Source: Diplonema japonicum | Lineage: Eukaryota > Protista > Euglenozoa: Diplonemea | DNA length: 64,000 nt | Direction: 5' to 3' | Assembly: GCA_964019335.1 (NCBI GenBank) | Contig: OZ025673.1 | Span: 558,001 to 622,000 of the forward strand | Shown here: positions 1-12,465 of the stretch, one piece after another | Layout: each line of letters starts with the position of its first letter | Numbering within the stretch: the first letter of the stretch is position 1 | Program-made: the position numbers and the translations under genes | Notes under the pieces: generated by a model | The model's input: only the letters and a program-made list of their open reading frames with translations | The model's database searches: none | What the model was told of the DNA's origin: nothing

Positions 1-629
1 TTCAGCTCTGCAAGCTGGCGGGCATTGTCGGCCTCCTCGTCGGACTCCATGTCGGAGCCTTCTTCAAAGTCATCTCTGTTCCGTTTCAAGTTGATGCGCT
101 TCGGTGTCTTCTTTCCTGTGTCTGTCTTGTTGGACGCCAGGAAGTCTTCGTATGTCTCGCCTTCTTCTTCTTGCCCGCTTTCATCGTCAAGATCGCCGAA
201 GATGTTGTCCATTTTAGCAGAAATGGCGGCTTCGTTGATGTTCTCGTTGCCGATCAGCTTGTCGTAGGCAGCGAAGTCGTCTGATGAATAGTCTGTGCCG
301 TAGCCAGGGTCCTTTTCGTCTTGCTCTTCGCTGTCTCCTTCCTCTTCTTCTTCTTCGGGGTTTTCATCTTCTCTGTTGCCAAAGGCGTTTTCTGCGTTTA
401 CTACTTTCCCCTTATATGTGCCCTCTGTGAAGGCTCCTCCTAGATCACCCCTCAGTCTCATGCCCCCGCCTTTTTCCATACCCACGGAACTCAATAGCTC
501 GTCTTCCCACGCTGTGCCCTCCACCGCCTCTCCTTCGTCTTCAGCGTCTACTTCTTTTGGTGCCCTTGCGTCCAGCAGCTCTAGCATCTCGTCTGCGAAC
601 CCTTTTTTTTTTTTCATTTTTACCGGCAT
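1..629 (-). CDS. AATF/Bfr2-like nucleolar protein, 5' part (runs off window start)
   Basis: ATG at 629 opens MPVKMKKKKGFADEMLELLDARAPKEVDAEDEG...GTYKGKVVNAENAFG followed by long acidic tracts. This resembles the AATF/Bfr2 N-terminus (YxGKxV motif then acidic region). Not in the ORF track because there is no stop in the window. Confidence 0.55.
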   Translation of the reverse strand, partial: MPVKMKKKKGFADEMLELLDARAPKEVDAEDEGEAVEGTAWEDELLSSVGMEKGGGMRLRGDLGGAFTEGTYKGKVVNAENAFGNREDENPEEEEEEGDSEEQDEKDPGYGTDYSSDDFAAYDKLIGNENINEAAISAKMDNIFGDLDDESGQEEEGETYEDFLASNKTDTGKKTPKRINLKRNRDDFEEGSDMESDEEADNARQLAEL

Positions 630-921
630 TTTTCTTTTTCTTTTTTGTTAAAGGGGTGTCTTGTATTATTATTTTTTTTTAATATAGTAGTGGTGAATTT
701 GTGGGGGGGAAATGAGTACAAAAAAAAAAGAAGAAAAAAATTGACAAATAAACTTTTTTTTTTCTGATTGAAAGGGTATAAAAAAAAAAGAGGGGACGTA
801 AAAAAAAAAAAAAAAAAAAGTAGAGGGGAGGGGATGAAGTGTGGGTGTGTATTGATAAAAAGAATGAATATTGGAGAGAAATGAAATAAAAAAGAAAAGA
901 AAGAAGCCCGATTTTTTTTTC

Positions 922-3361
922 TTACTCCTCGTCCGCCTCTCCCATTCGCGCGTTGACGAAGTCGATGGCTCGTTGCTTGACATACTCGACCCTGTCAGGA
1001 GAGCCCCGCTCCTTCTCAAAGGTCATGTAGCGAGTCATGAAATACTGCATTTTCTTGCTGGAGAGAGGCATCGAAGTCACACGGTCAAATACGTTTCTTA
1101 TCCTGTTTTTTTTTTTTTTTTTTTTTTTTTTTTTCTTCTTTTTTTTTTCCCCCTCCACACCTTGTAAGGTCGTCCAATTTCGGCAGCACCACCTGTTCCA
1201 TATCCAGATACACCGACCACAAATCCGTTCTCTTAGGGTACTTCACAAGCAGACCCTCAAAGATGGTCCTCCCCTTGTCGATGCTACCTTGCCGGTATTG
1301 CAAGCATCCCACCTGTTGGTTGTTTTTTTCTCTTTTTTTTTTTCTGTTCTTTATTATACCTTGAGCAAGAAATCGACCTGTTGCTTCTGCGTGATCGATG
1401 GGTTGTTGAGGAGCCTCTTCTGCAGCTTATTGATGTCATCCTGCTGCCCCCTGCCAAGCAGGTACGAGGCATAGTCCACCCAGGGTTTAATCTGTATTTT
1501 TTTCCCCCAAAAAATTATATATTCATAGACATACCGAGTTGTGCCCGAACTTCTTCAAGATGCTTTGGTATGTTTTATCGACCAAGACGTGGTGGTTGGC
1601 GGCCTTACCGATTTCAACGAGTGCGTTGTATGACTTGAGGGGGTCGTCGGAGTGCTGCACGAAGCGCATGAAGACTGCGTGGAGGGACTCGGGTGTTCCG
1701 TACCCGTTCTCAAGATTGAGGTATGCCACCCACACGTTGAAAAGCTCGTCGCTCTCACGGTAGTTGATGGTCTTCAGGGCTCGCTCTGCCACCAGCCTTG
1801 CCTGCTCGTACTCTCGCTGTGCCACGTGGTAGGCCATGTATTGGCACCACACATAACTCGAGTGCGGGGAGCCCATCACCAGCCGCTCGAAGTCCTCCTT
1901 CGTCTTAGGCGTCTCGTCGTTCAGCCTGCTCCTCTCCACTTCGTCGATTAACAGCTCGTTCTCTTCGTCCTTCTTCTTCCTCTTCTTTTTCTTGTTTTCC
2001 ACGTTCTCCTCCTCCGCACCCTCCGGCTCCCTGAACGAGAACCCCACCTCAATACCCGTTATCTTCTTCGGTGCTGGTGCCGGTGTCGCTTTCTCCTCTA
2101 CCTTCTCCACGACCTTGTCTTCCGCTTCTGTTTTCTTCTCCGTTGTTTTTTCGCTTGTCGCTTCCTTCCTCTCGACCACCTCCACACCTGCGTCTGCCAG
2201 CGACAACACCATGAAGGGCTCGTGGCACACCCAGGGGTCCTGGGGTACTTTGTTGGGCGCTTCTTCCTTCTTCTTCGGTGCCGGAGCGTCGTCATCCTGC
2301 ATGGTCCTCCCCTTCAACTCCCATCGCTGTGCCTTGCCCCTCACAGGCTTGGCTTGCGGTTTGATGCGTACGTACTCTACAATTGCGGTCAGTCTGTCGC
2401 CAGTTTTGATTTTCTGTGTAGTGATGTGCATTGTTCCTTGTGATGCATACCGCAGCACGGGGGTCATCGTGGAGGCTGAGGTACCCGATGACGCCTGCGT
2501 AGGGTTTGGAGAAGATGATGGCGTAGTCCTTCTTGCGGAGGATGACCTGGACGGGGATGGGTTTGCTGATCTTTTTTTTAAGCGACTTGTAGTGCGCAAG
2601 GGCAAGCTTTTTGTCGGTGGCTGCGATGCTGTTGGCGACGAGGCCGTTGCACGCAATGTCGACGAAGCCCGAGGCAGGGTCGTAGTCAAGCACACGGCAG
2701 CGTATGCACTCCGGGCGGAGCTTCTTGGCGTTGTAGTCGGTGGCGATGGAGCTGGGCGTGCCTGGGGTGGACGAGATGCCTGGCGACGGGGGGATCACGT
2801 CGTGGTTGTCGGGGAGCTCCGCGTTGAGCCCCACAGCGACACCCACAAGGTTGCGGTGCTTGAAGTTCCATGGGTTGGAGAGGTTCACAATAAGCCCATC
2901 GTTGGTACGGTGCTGAACGGTACCCTCGAGCAGGGTGCCTGTTGAGAGGCCCGCAAAGGCTGTCAGCTGCCCTATCCTGTCACGGTCATACAGAGTGCGA
3001 AGCATGCTCTTGCATGGTGCGCTAAGGTCGTCCCAGCTTTCCTTCATCGCTGCACAAACCTTTTCACCCTTCCCGGTAAGAACCAGCTGTTGTGCGCTCT
3101 GTCCTTCTTCCTTGACCGCTACCTTCACAATGCGTGGTCTCTTGTCAGGTTCACCAGGTGCTGGCGCGGTGCTTGGTTTAATAGTGGCAAGTTTTTGTGC
3201 CAACACCATTTTCATATCCTTCGTCTCCACCATCTCTGAGATGGGAAGGAACCCCTCCACACCGGAGCCCATGTCGGCGATGATTGCGTAGGCGGCTCCC
3301 TTTTTGCATAATACTCGTGCGATGGGCAGTGATGGGATCATGCTCTGTGGGTGGTGTGTGT

Positions 3362-3394
<33 letters not shown>

Positions 3395-3535
3395 CTGGTA
3401 TACTTTTTTCATGATCTTTTCCTTCTGGTTTTCCACCTCGTCGTCGCTGGAGCCCTCGTCACTTTCTTCTTTCCATTCTGCAAGCTTGTTCGCTGCGGCA
3501 TCCAATTTTCTTTTATTGCTTCGTTGTTTTTTCAT
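922..3535 (-). CDS. RRP5: rRNA biogenesis protein RRP5 (S1 domains + C-terminal HAT/TPR repeats), 6 exons
   Basis: DFERLVMGSPHSSYVWCQYMAY, ARLVAERALKTINYRE, VWVAYLNLENGYG and GRTIFEGLLVKYPKRTDLWSVYLDME are RRP5 C-terminal motifs. GT-AG introns 3345-3403, 2414-2450, 1492-1534, 1313-1359 and 1103-1160 restore one frame. Confidence 0.88.
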
Positions 3536-3930
3536 GGTCGCGCGTCAGACCACCCCCCCCTCTAGATGCGTGTTGTGTGGTAGAGAACTCAAAACAGGCA
3601 GACGAGAAAAAAAAGGGGAGGGGAGAAGGGAAAGGAACAACCATACATAGCGAGTCATAACGGTTCAACGACTTTGTTTCATTTCCCTTTTGGTGAAATG
3701 CTGGGCAGCAGATTTCTTTATTTCTCTCTTTTTTTTTTTTTCCTTTTTGGAATTCCCGTGACACCCAGCGTTTTTTTTTTTTTTTTTTGTATGGAAAAAA
3801 AAAAAGAGGGAATTATAAAAAAAAGGGGGTTTCTATTAAAAAAAAATACTACCGGTCTATGTTTCATAAGGGGGGGGGACAAAAAAAAGGAATAGGAATG
3901 TTAGTTTTTTATTTTCTTTTATTTTTATAT

Positions 3931-6900
3931 TTATTTTTTGTTTCCTTCTCTCTTCCCACGAGGGGTTTTAAGACCACCAAGAGCAGCGGTTACTTTGTTG
4001 GCTTTCGCTTTTTCTTTGTGGATGATCGCTGTTTCTTGGCGCCGTTTCCACCTGTGGAAGAGGCATTCAATTCGACGTGCCGCGACTATGTCCTCTAGAG
4101 TGAAGAGGGAGGGATCCACAAGGGAGCTAAACGGACCGGAACTCACATCTTTTTTTCGGATGCCAACAGCTTTCATAGCCAAGGCAAAGACGCAATCATC
4201 GAAACTAACCTCTCTGTCCAGTGTGACAGGGATCGGGAGGAACCTTATGTTGCGTAATAGGTTCAACCAAGCTTTGTCTCCGCCCACTTCCCCTTGCCAC
4301 AAAGGGTCCGGAAGCTTCTGCAAAATCTCTAAAAATTCATCCACAGAAACCCTTCTCGTCAATGATGGATCGACGTCAGTCCACAGGTTCCTAAATAACT
4401 TGAATGCCCCGAAGAACTCGTCGTGCGCCATCCCGTACAACTCCCGCCGTGTTTCTATAAAGCTTTCCAGCACCACGTATATGAACAGGTTCAGGAAGAT
4501 GAACGACCCCACCATCATAGCAGAGCTGAAGTACAGCACGCTTCCCGCTCTGTTCCCACAGTTCCCCGCCTCTTCTTCACAGTGCGGCGGCCGGATGCTC
4601 GTCCCTTCCATGAGATCTGTCCATGTCTCGGTCGTGGCGATTTGATACAGAATCAGTATTGCAGACGGCAGCGTCTTAAAGGACTCATGCCTTGTCAGCA
4701 GCGGATTCGGTTTAATATCTTTGAACATCTGTTTTTTGTTTTTTTTTTTTGTTTTGTTTTGTTTTTTATTGCTAACATACCGAGACGCCGACGATCCCCC
4801 AGTTGAAGAATATGTACAAGAGAAGCAGTGACACATTGAGCAGTGCGGGCAGCGACCTGTACAGAGTGTCGACTAGCTGTTTGAGACGGTCGGCCTTGCG
4901 TAGCAAACGAAGGCCTCTGATCACCCTTGCAACCCTCAACACCGTTGTGTTCAGCGATAGGATCAGCCCTGCCACGGACATTGTGATGCAGAATAGATCG
5001 AACCTGTTCCAAGGGTCGCGCATGTACCCTTTGAACCCAAGTGCCGCCCACCTTATAAGCGCTTCAATGATGAAGATGATGATGAAGATTATGTTGGCGA
5101 TGTGCAGGATGTTCTCCTGACGGGGGCTCATCTGGTAGGCGGTGGTGGCGAGCATGATACAGTTCAGCCCGATGAGCGTGTAGATTATGATGTCGAACTT
5201 CTGATTCTCGTTTATCAAGTAGCACTTGATGCGCACGCCGTTCCACTCGTGTTTCATAGGGACCTTGGGCCGCCACTCCAGGTCGTAGGTTGTGATGAGC
5301 CTCCGCATGCGTGACCACATTCGCTGCTTTACAGTCATCAGAGCTGATTCCTTGTGTTGAGAGTCATGGAAGGCGTTCACCAGCGTGCCCACAAACAGCG
5401 CCACTAGATAAAAGTGCGCGATTATTATATAAGACACGAAATACAAAGACCGCCATGGGTTTGCGTTCCGCACCGGTCCCTTCTCGCTTCCTGCGTCGAT
5501 CACTCTCCACATGAGGTCGGACCATCCCTCCAGCGAGGCCAGCTCCAAGAGCGTCAGAACTGTTTCCCAAATGTTGTCGAAGCTCAACCGATAGGTACTC
5601 CACTCCCTTGCTGTGGTCTGCGTCGCGGTGGCGCTGAACATATCGCCCACCTGCTTCTGGTAGACCCCCACGCAATCAGCCTCGTACAGGGCAGTCACGT
5701 CGTTGCACCCTTGCAAATGCCCTTTGAACACGCTCACACCAATCACACTGAAAATCACCCACACGAGGACGTACACCAATCCAACCTTCAGGACATCTGG
5801 AAGCACTTTCAGCAACATCTCGCACACCACTCTAACCTCCGATAGCCGCACCAGCAGCCTGATAGTCCGAGCGCCCCTCAGTTGCGTCCCCACCCCAAGC
5901 TTTGTGAGCTCGATGATCTGAGCCACAGCCACTACAGCATCTACCTTGTTCCACGTGGACTTGAAGTAGGCATTTGGTGCTTTGTAAAGACCCAAGGCGA
6001 TGATCTTGGCCACCATTTCTGATAGGTACAGCACAACAAAAATGATGTTTGCGGTGTTCAGCAGCTTCCTGCCGCCAGGACGTTCGTCAGCGTAGTAGTC
6101 GTCCAACGCAAGGAAGATGGCGTTCACAAAGATTACAAGAAGCATGAAGTCATCGAACCATCGGTGCAGCACGACAGCTGAGATCGCACGTCGCACCTTC
6201 GACTGCTTGGAGAAGAAGCCCAAAGACCGCCCTGCCGTCAGCTGCTTGGTAGTCATGATGTTGTCCCTATTCTTTCTGACTTCTGACCCGTCGCTGCTAC
6301 CACCAAAGCGCATTGACCGTAGCCGCATGGACTTTGAATCATTGAACGAGGCTGTGGTGGAGTTGTCGCTCCGCATGTGACGTGTTTGGGTGACCGCCAT
6401 TGCACCCCCTCCTAACCCTTTGTTGTCAGCGTCAAGGCTTGCGTCGCAACTCTTTGCGGGCTCTACGATCTTCACTTTCTTTGGGAACACAGCGTCTAGG
6501 GGGTTCACGGGCTCGTCTGTCTTCGGCTGCGGTGTTCTCACCAACGTGCCGTCCATCGCAAGCCACTCGAGTAGCACTTCCTTCGCTGCAGGGTCACTCC
6601 AGACTTGTTCCAATTTGCGTTTTCCTTTATCTGATAACGCGCACCACAACAGCGTTATCCCGCCAAGGTCAGGAAGAGTGAAGATGGTGTGGAGGGGCAG
6701 GTCTTGGATCTGCTTCGCGACGTAGTTCAAGGAGTGCTGGATGAGAGGATTCCCGACATTCATGGCAAGCCGAATGTAGCTGGGGTCTATTCCGATGGAC
6801 ACTTCTCCTGTGTCTCGGTACACGACGGTGTAGGAGCCGTCCTCACGCCGCCCGATGACTGTGCCGTTGTACCACTCTCCACACCACCACACCTCCACAG

Positions 6901-9562
6901 CTGCCTTGGGTTCGATGTCCGCAACAGAGTGGTCCTCAGCTGTCAACTCGGAAATCGGGTTTGACCATTTCTTCATCCCCGTTACCTTGTTGATCCAGAA
7001 GGGTCGCGCGTGCTTCAAAGATATCTCGGCAGTCCAGTTGCCCAAGACTTCCTTCGCAGTCACTTCCTGCCGTGCCTTGCGGTGGGCGGCCATTGCAGTC
7101 CCCGCAGCGAGCAACGTAATCTTCCATTTAGTATTTTTTTGCTTCTCTGTCTCGTTCTCCTTTAGTATAGCCTCTGAGAGGCTATTCGGAGCCATCGAGA
7201 GCCCGAGGTCGTCAATCTCACGCATGGCCTCAAGCTGCTGTGCTTTTTTCTTCCTCCTGACCTCATCAGTCATTCTATCTATGAGGATGACAGGGAACAT
7301 AGACATCGCGATCACAGTCCCGAAGAAGAAGAAAGCCACGAAGTACAGGAAGGACCATGGGGACGCTGCCTCCATGCCAGTTTTCGTGATGCGCGTCCAC
7401 CCGTCACCCGTGAGCATGATGAACACGGTGAGAAATGCTTCCCACAGACTGTTGAAGTTCTCCCTGTACCCCGGTGGGTATTTTCCCTCAAAGAGACTCA
7501 GCCCCAACAAGCTAAACATAAAGACCAAAAGCACTTCCAAAAACAGGAGGGTGCCAATTTCAGGAAGCGACGCCCCAACGGCGCTAAGAAGGTGCTTCTG
7601 CGAATCGCTCATGTAGCCGATGAGCCTCAAGACGCGGAACGCTCGCAGCGCAGTGATGCCAGTCGACGTGACAAACAGGTCAGGAATGCTGATCGTGAGC
7701 ACCACGAAGTCCAAGACGTTGAGCCTGTCTGCAATGTAGCCCTTCAGGCCTAAACCGACGATCTTGAGCACCACCTCAACGATGAAGATGCCTGTGGCCG
7801 CATAGCTAATGGCGTCGAGTGCTTGTGAGTGCTCTGCGGTGATGCCATGGTAGTCGGTCGCCATTGCAATCACACTCACGACAGTTACACCGAGCATGAA
7901 GTGCCCGAACCAGGGGTTTGTAACTAACAAGTAAATCGTACTAGGGGGTTCCTTCGATTCCGAGTACCAAGAGAGGTCCGACGTGTCCGTCGCCAAGCTG
8001 CTCTCCTCGTCGATCGGCAGACGTGGCGCAGGGATCACTGCATGTGGGCACGCCAACGCCAACAGCATGTGCAGCACATCTAGCCCCAACAGGTTGTCTA
8101 CACGCAACGTGTTAGGTATATACCGCTCCTCTATCTCCCTTGCGCCACCTGGCAGGTGCTCGGCCGTCATTATCTCTTGTAATTGCGTCACCTTGTGGTC
8201 CCATCTCTCCATTTCGGCCTGCATCTCTACTTCCGCTTTCACATCTTTCAAGTAGTCCTCCTGGTACTTGTGAACACCGAAATACTTCTGCACAGCATCT
8301 TCCGCTCTCAACGCAGGTGCTCCAATGTTTGCTTGTGGCTTCTTCGTGAAATTCAACTTGTGCTTGTAAGTCGAGAACTTCGGTGTGCAGTACGCGTAGA
8401 CACCTTGGGACATGGGCGAGATGCCTATCTTGGCGGGGTGCACCACTACATGTGTGATGCTTGTCCTGCGGCGGGTGTCTGCGTAGGAAACGTACAGCAC
8501 AGCGACGACCATGTGGAGGAGGAAGTACCCGCCGATGAGAGTGAGCGACACAAAGTACAACCAGGCCCACGTGTTGCTAGCGTCCTGCACAACGAACATC
8601 TCGTCTGGCCAGTCGTCGAGGGTCACGACAGTAATGACCTGGAAGAGCGCCATTGCAATGTTGTCGAAGTTGGTGATGGTGTTCTCAAAGATGGTAGTGT
8701 GGATCTGGCATTCCACAGCATACCCCGTGAGAGACCCGCATGTCCGGCCCTCACCGCAAGGGTCCGTCTCGTTGGCGACGAGGATGGGGAAGGGAATGGG
8801 GGAGGTGGTGCTGTATGCGTAGCAGCGCTGGTGGAGTTTGCCCTTCCAAAGCTGGACCCCTAGAATGGAGAACATGAAGATAATAAGGAAAAGAAGCAGA
8901 AGAACGTCTAAAAGCACGGGAAGGGACTCGGTGATGGCAGTGATAAGGACACGGAGGCCTTTCGCGCGGCGGAAAGCACGAAGGGGGCGAATGACCCGAA
9001 CTGTTCGGATGACAGAGAGAGTTCCTTCTTCCTTGAGGACCATGATGGCAAAGGAGGCGATCAGAATGAGGAAGTCGATCACGTTCCAAGGGTCACGGAG
9101 GTAGGACTTTCTGTGGAGAGCAAAGCCCCTCCCCATGATCTTGAGCGCAGCCTCAGCTGTGAAGATAGCAAGAAAGAGGAGTTCGGACCAGAACCGTATC
9201 CGGTTGGCCCACTCATAGTCCTTGAAAGAAGGGGTGTCTAGAACCTCCACTACACAATTGATGATGATGGTCACCAAGATAAAAGCATCGAAAGCAGGCC
9301 AATCTATGAGGGATATTACATTCTTTCGGAGCTTTCCACGGGAGCCGATCACCCACAACGGGCTCGCGTTGATATTATACACAGCCCTGTGCTCCCCAAG
9401 CACCCTCTTCGCCACTACCCTGTGGATGTCAACAATGGTGTACACATGCAGATACCACCTTTCGACTACCTTCGCTTCGTAATCTTCTTCTTGCGTGGCC
9501 AGCCATTCTTGAACTTTCAGCTTGTCTTTCAGAATTTCTGTTGACCCATCGGACGCACTCAT
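3931..9562 (-). CDS. Four-domain voltage-gated Ca2+/Na+-type channel alpha subunit, 2 exons
   Basis: Four 6TM repeats with S4 RxxR arrays (e.g. VIRTVRVIRPLRAFRR) and pore motifs TLDDW/TGDGW/SLEGW/TTETW, plus C-terminal EF-hand-like and IQ-like segments. Intron 4729-4780 joins GIVGVS|MFKD. Confidence 0.92.
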
Positions 9563-9955
9563 GTAACATGGGAAGGGGCAGCTAGGATGGGATGAGAGGT
9601 GAAAGTGTGTTATGAGGAAAATGGATTATTTTGGTATTCCTTCAACTTCTTTGTATTTATATATATTTTTTTTTGTTAACACCCAAAAGAAACACTACTT
9701 ATAAGAGGAGAAGATAAACGGATCCTAATGGGAAGAGGGACGTGGGAGAAGAAGAAAAAACGAAAGAAAGAAAAAAAAAAAAAAAAGAAAAGGAACAGAA
9801 ATCTAATGAAGGGTTCTATACAATTAAAAAAAAAAAAGAAGATAAAAGAAAAAAAAAAAAAAAGGGAAACCAAAAGTTTTTTTTTTCTTTTTCTTTTCAG
9901 TTCATCTGTTGAGACGCCTTTATAGGAGATGTGGGATAGTTTATTTTGCTTTATT

Positions 9956-10483
9956 TTAGAGGGGGGAAGGGGGTTGCGAAGAGGAGTCTTGTTGCCGGCA
10001 TATGACACAAGAAGCAAGCTCGATGCACATGGAAGAGACGAAGAAGAAAACACCGTAGCCTACTGACGCACCTAAGGAGTCAGACATTCGTTGGGAGCAG
10101 AGCTTAGCACTGTAGACAGCAGCTAGAATAGTCCATGTGAGGAGGGTAAGGAGAGCGCTCACTGCGTGAATATACCTCAAAACACCGTCGAGAAAGGCGA
10201 AGGGGGAGTTCAAGGGAAGCGCCACATTAACTATGTGCACCACCATCGTGAATCCGATGAAGATGGCAGCCATCACCCCAAAGGCATCTGCTGCCTTTAT
10301 GTGATCAGCCCTCTCGTTGCAAGGATCATCCCTCGGATCACTCCCTAACTTCCCATTACACCTAAACATCCCGCACCCACCCACCGCCACACTGTAGTTT
10401 GACTCATCCGCCGCCAAGCTCACCACCACCAGCACCCAGCTCAGCACACCCAGGCCTGCAAGGAACGCGCTCTGTAGTGACAT
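9956..10483 (-). CDS. Amastin-like four-TM surface protein
   Basis: Start MSLQSAF at 10483. Four hydrophobic helices, a first loop with Cys pattern GMFRC...C.ER.DHIKAADAFGVMA and a second-loop Cys before GYGVFFFV, matching the amastin/claudin-like layout. Confidence 0.62.
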   Translation of the reverse strand: MSLQSAFLAGLGVLSWVLVVVSLAADESNYSVAVGGCGMFRCNGKLGSDPRDDPCNERADHIKAADAFGVMAAIFIGFTMVVHIVNVALPLNSPFAFLDGVLRYIHAVSALLTLLTWTILAAVYSAKLCSQRMSDSLGASVGYGVFFFVSSMCIELASCVICRQQDSSSQPPSPL

Positions 10484-10580
10484 GCGCCGTACTTTCCTTT
10501 TGTATAATACGTCATTAGAAAAGGGGGGTGGGGGGGGGGGAGAAAACTGAATTTTAAGGGCCCGGCCTTTATTTTTTTTT

Positions 10581-12465
10581 TTAGTATCCGTACTTCTCAT
10601 TCAACGATGTTTTCCCATCGCCTGTCTGCCCTGTGGGCGGTGCCCACTTGTCTTCTTCTTCAGGATGCGGGTTACGTTCGCGTCGACGCACTTGTTGCGG
10701 TTCTTCAGGCTCCGCTGGTTGTTCGATTCTGTGGGGTGCGTGTTTTTTTTTTTTTTTTATTTCACAGTTTATTTCCCACTCTTTGAGAATTTAGGCCTCG
10801 GGAAAATAAACTGTAAATAAAACGCCGTATTCCGGGGTAAAGTAGGGTTTACCTTTTCCCTCGACAGATTGTCCTGGCCCCTCGGAACCAATTTTTACCT
10901 CGCTTCGCTCGGTAAAAATTATGTCCTCGGGAGCCACAATCTGTCTCGGGGAAATAAACCCTACTTTATTGCCCCGGAATAAATAGTTATTTTTTTTTTG
11001 GAACATACTTTTTCTCCACGGGTTTCTGAGGCTGTTTTTGAGCCTCAGCTGCCTCCTCCCTCCTGGCCCGTGCCGCCGCGTTGATGGCGTTGATCTCTTC
11101 CAACTGACGCATTTTCCGGTCGACACGTGTTTCTTTCTGTTTATTATTATTATTATTATTAATTTCCTTTTTTTTATATATTATTATTACCTTGTCGATT
11201 CTCGTTTTCTTTTCGGCTGGCTCAACGGATGATTGAGCAACTGCTTGTTTCTCAACCTTCTGCTTAGGTATGAAGCTCGTGGTGACGGTGACCTGCGGTG
11301 CTTCGTCACCGAAGACCTTGCGCTTCCGCTGCGGGACAAGCCCATCAAGCGCAGGCCGCACCTTTTCGTACAAGGCCTCTTGCACACGGAGTTCCTCCAG
11401 CTTGGTTTTTAACATGGAACTGTTCTTCGCGATGCTCTTGGTAGCGTCTGCCAATGCAACCTGATGTACATATGCTTCAAGAGGGTCGTCAAGGGAGTCC
11501 AGCTTGGCGGTGGAATTTGCTTGTTTCGAGGTGTCGGAAGATATCTGTACTTTGAGGTCAGAAATGTCGTCCTCAAGCTGTTCGAGGGCTTCCCGAACGC
11601 TTTTCTCAGAATGCGTGATAATCTTGTCGGGTTTTCCCTTCGCCGCTTTTTTGTCTCTTTTCTTTTTCGCGAGTCCCGATCGGTCGTAGAACTCATCGTC
11701 GTCGTCAAAACCTTCGACGAGATCGTCTGCGTGGGTTCGTGTTTTTTTTTTCGCCTTGCCGAAGTACATCATGTCTTGTTTGTCATCTTGCCCGCCTGTC
11801 TCGTCCTCGTGGTCGTCGGAGTGGATTCTGTCAAGGAACTCCTGCCGTTGTTGTTGCCGCTTCTCCATGTTCCTCTCGAGTGCTTTCATTATCGCTTTGT
11901 CACGTGAGGCTTTGCTCGCGTTCTCCGCTTCCCTCAGTTGGTTCTCACGGAAGGCTTTACCCTTCTTGTTGTCAATCTCCTCGGCTGTGTCGACCCCACC
12001 ACAGAGGATAAGCCGTCTTGTCGACGCACCAAAGTGTATCATGTCGCCTTGCTTCACAGGCGTGAATTCTTTCTTGGGAACTTCTTGTGAAACATTCCAA
12101 AATGTTCCATGAACAGATCCAAGGTCGAAAAGGAGGACTTCACCCTTTGGGGTGAGCTGTATAACAGCATGTTGGCGCGAGATGGTAGGGTGTTCCATGA
12201 CAATGTGGCACCGCTTGTCTCGACCCACAATGAGGTACTCCTTCCCGTTTAAGGGGATTGTCTCTACGATAGAGCCCTCTCGCATCACCTCGAAGTAGGT
12301 TTCTTTGTCGGGTAGTGCCCCTGACCATGCAGGGGGGGTGTACTTCATTTCTTCCTTTGGAAGTGTCCCCGATAAGTCTTCCTGTTGTGGTCGTTGTTGT
12401 TGTTGGGGCCTTCTCATCGGTGCTGCCATGCTCTCTTTCTTTAGCGGTGGCGGTGGCATATCCAT
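10581..12465 (-). CDS. SLC4A1AP: Kanadaptin (SLC4A1AP)-like FHA-domain protein, 3 exons
   Basis: YTPPAWS + FHA domain (GR...HPTISRQHA...DLGSVHGT), DDDDEFYDRS, DDPLEAY. The last exon, not in the ORF track, encodes WAPPTGQTGDGKTSLNEKYGY*, the conserved kanadaptin C-terminus. Introns 11137-11190 and 10729-11008. Confidence 0.87.
10755..10981. repeat. Intronic double inverted repeat (two adjacent imperfect hairpins)
   Basis: Hairpin A arms 10755-10777 / 10800-10822. Hairpin B 10828-10981 has nested paired blocks tattccgggg/ccccggaata, taaagtagggttta/taaaccctacttta, gacagattgt/acaatctgtc and aatttttacc/ggtaaaaatt around an 11-nt loop. Confidence 0.85.

Noticed and set aside
669-1474. Poly-K/poly-F ORFs here and near 3300-3900, 9700-9900, 38800-39260 and 61800-62380
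   Set aside because: Translations of homopolymer tracts in introns or spacers.
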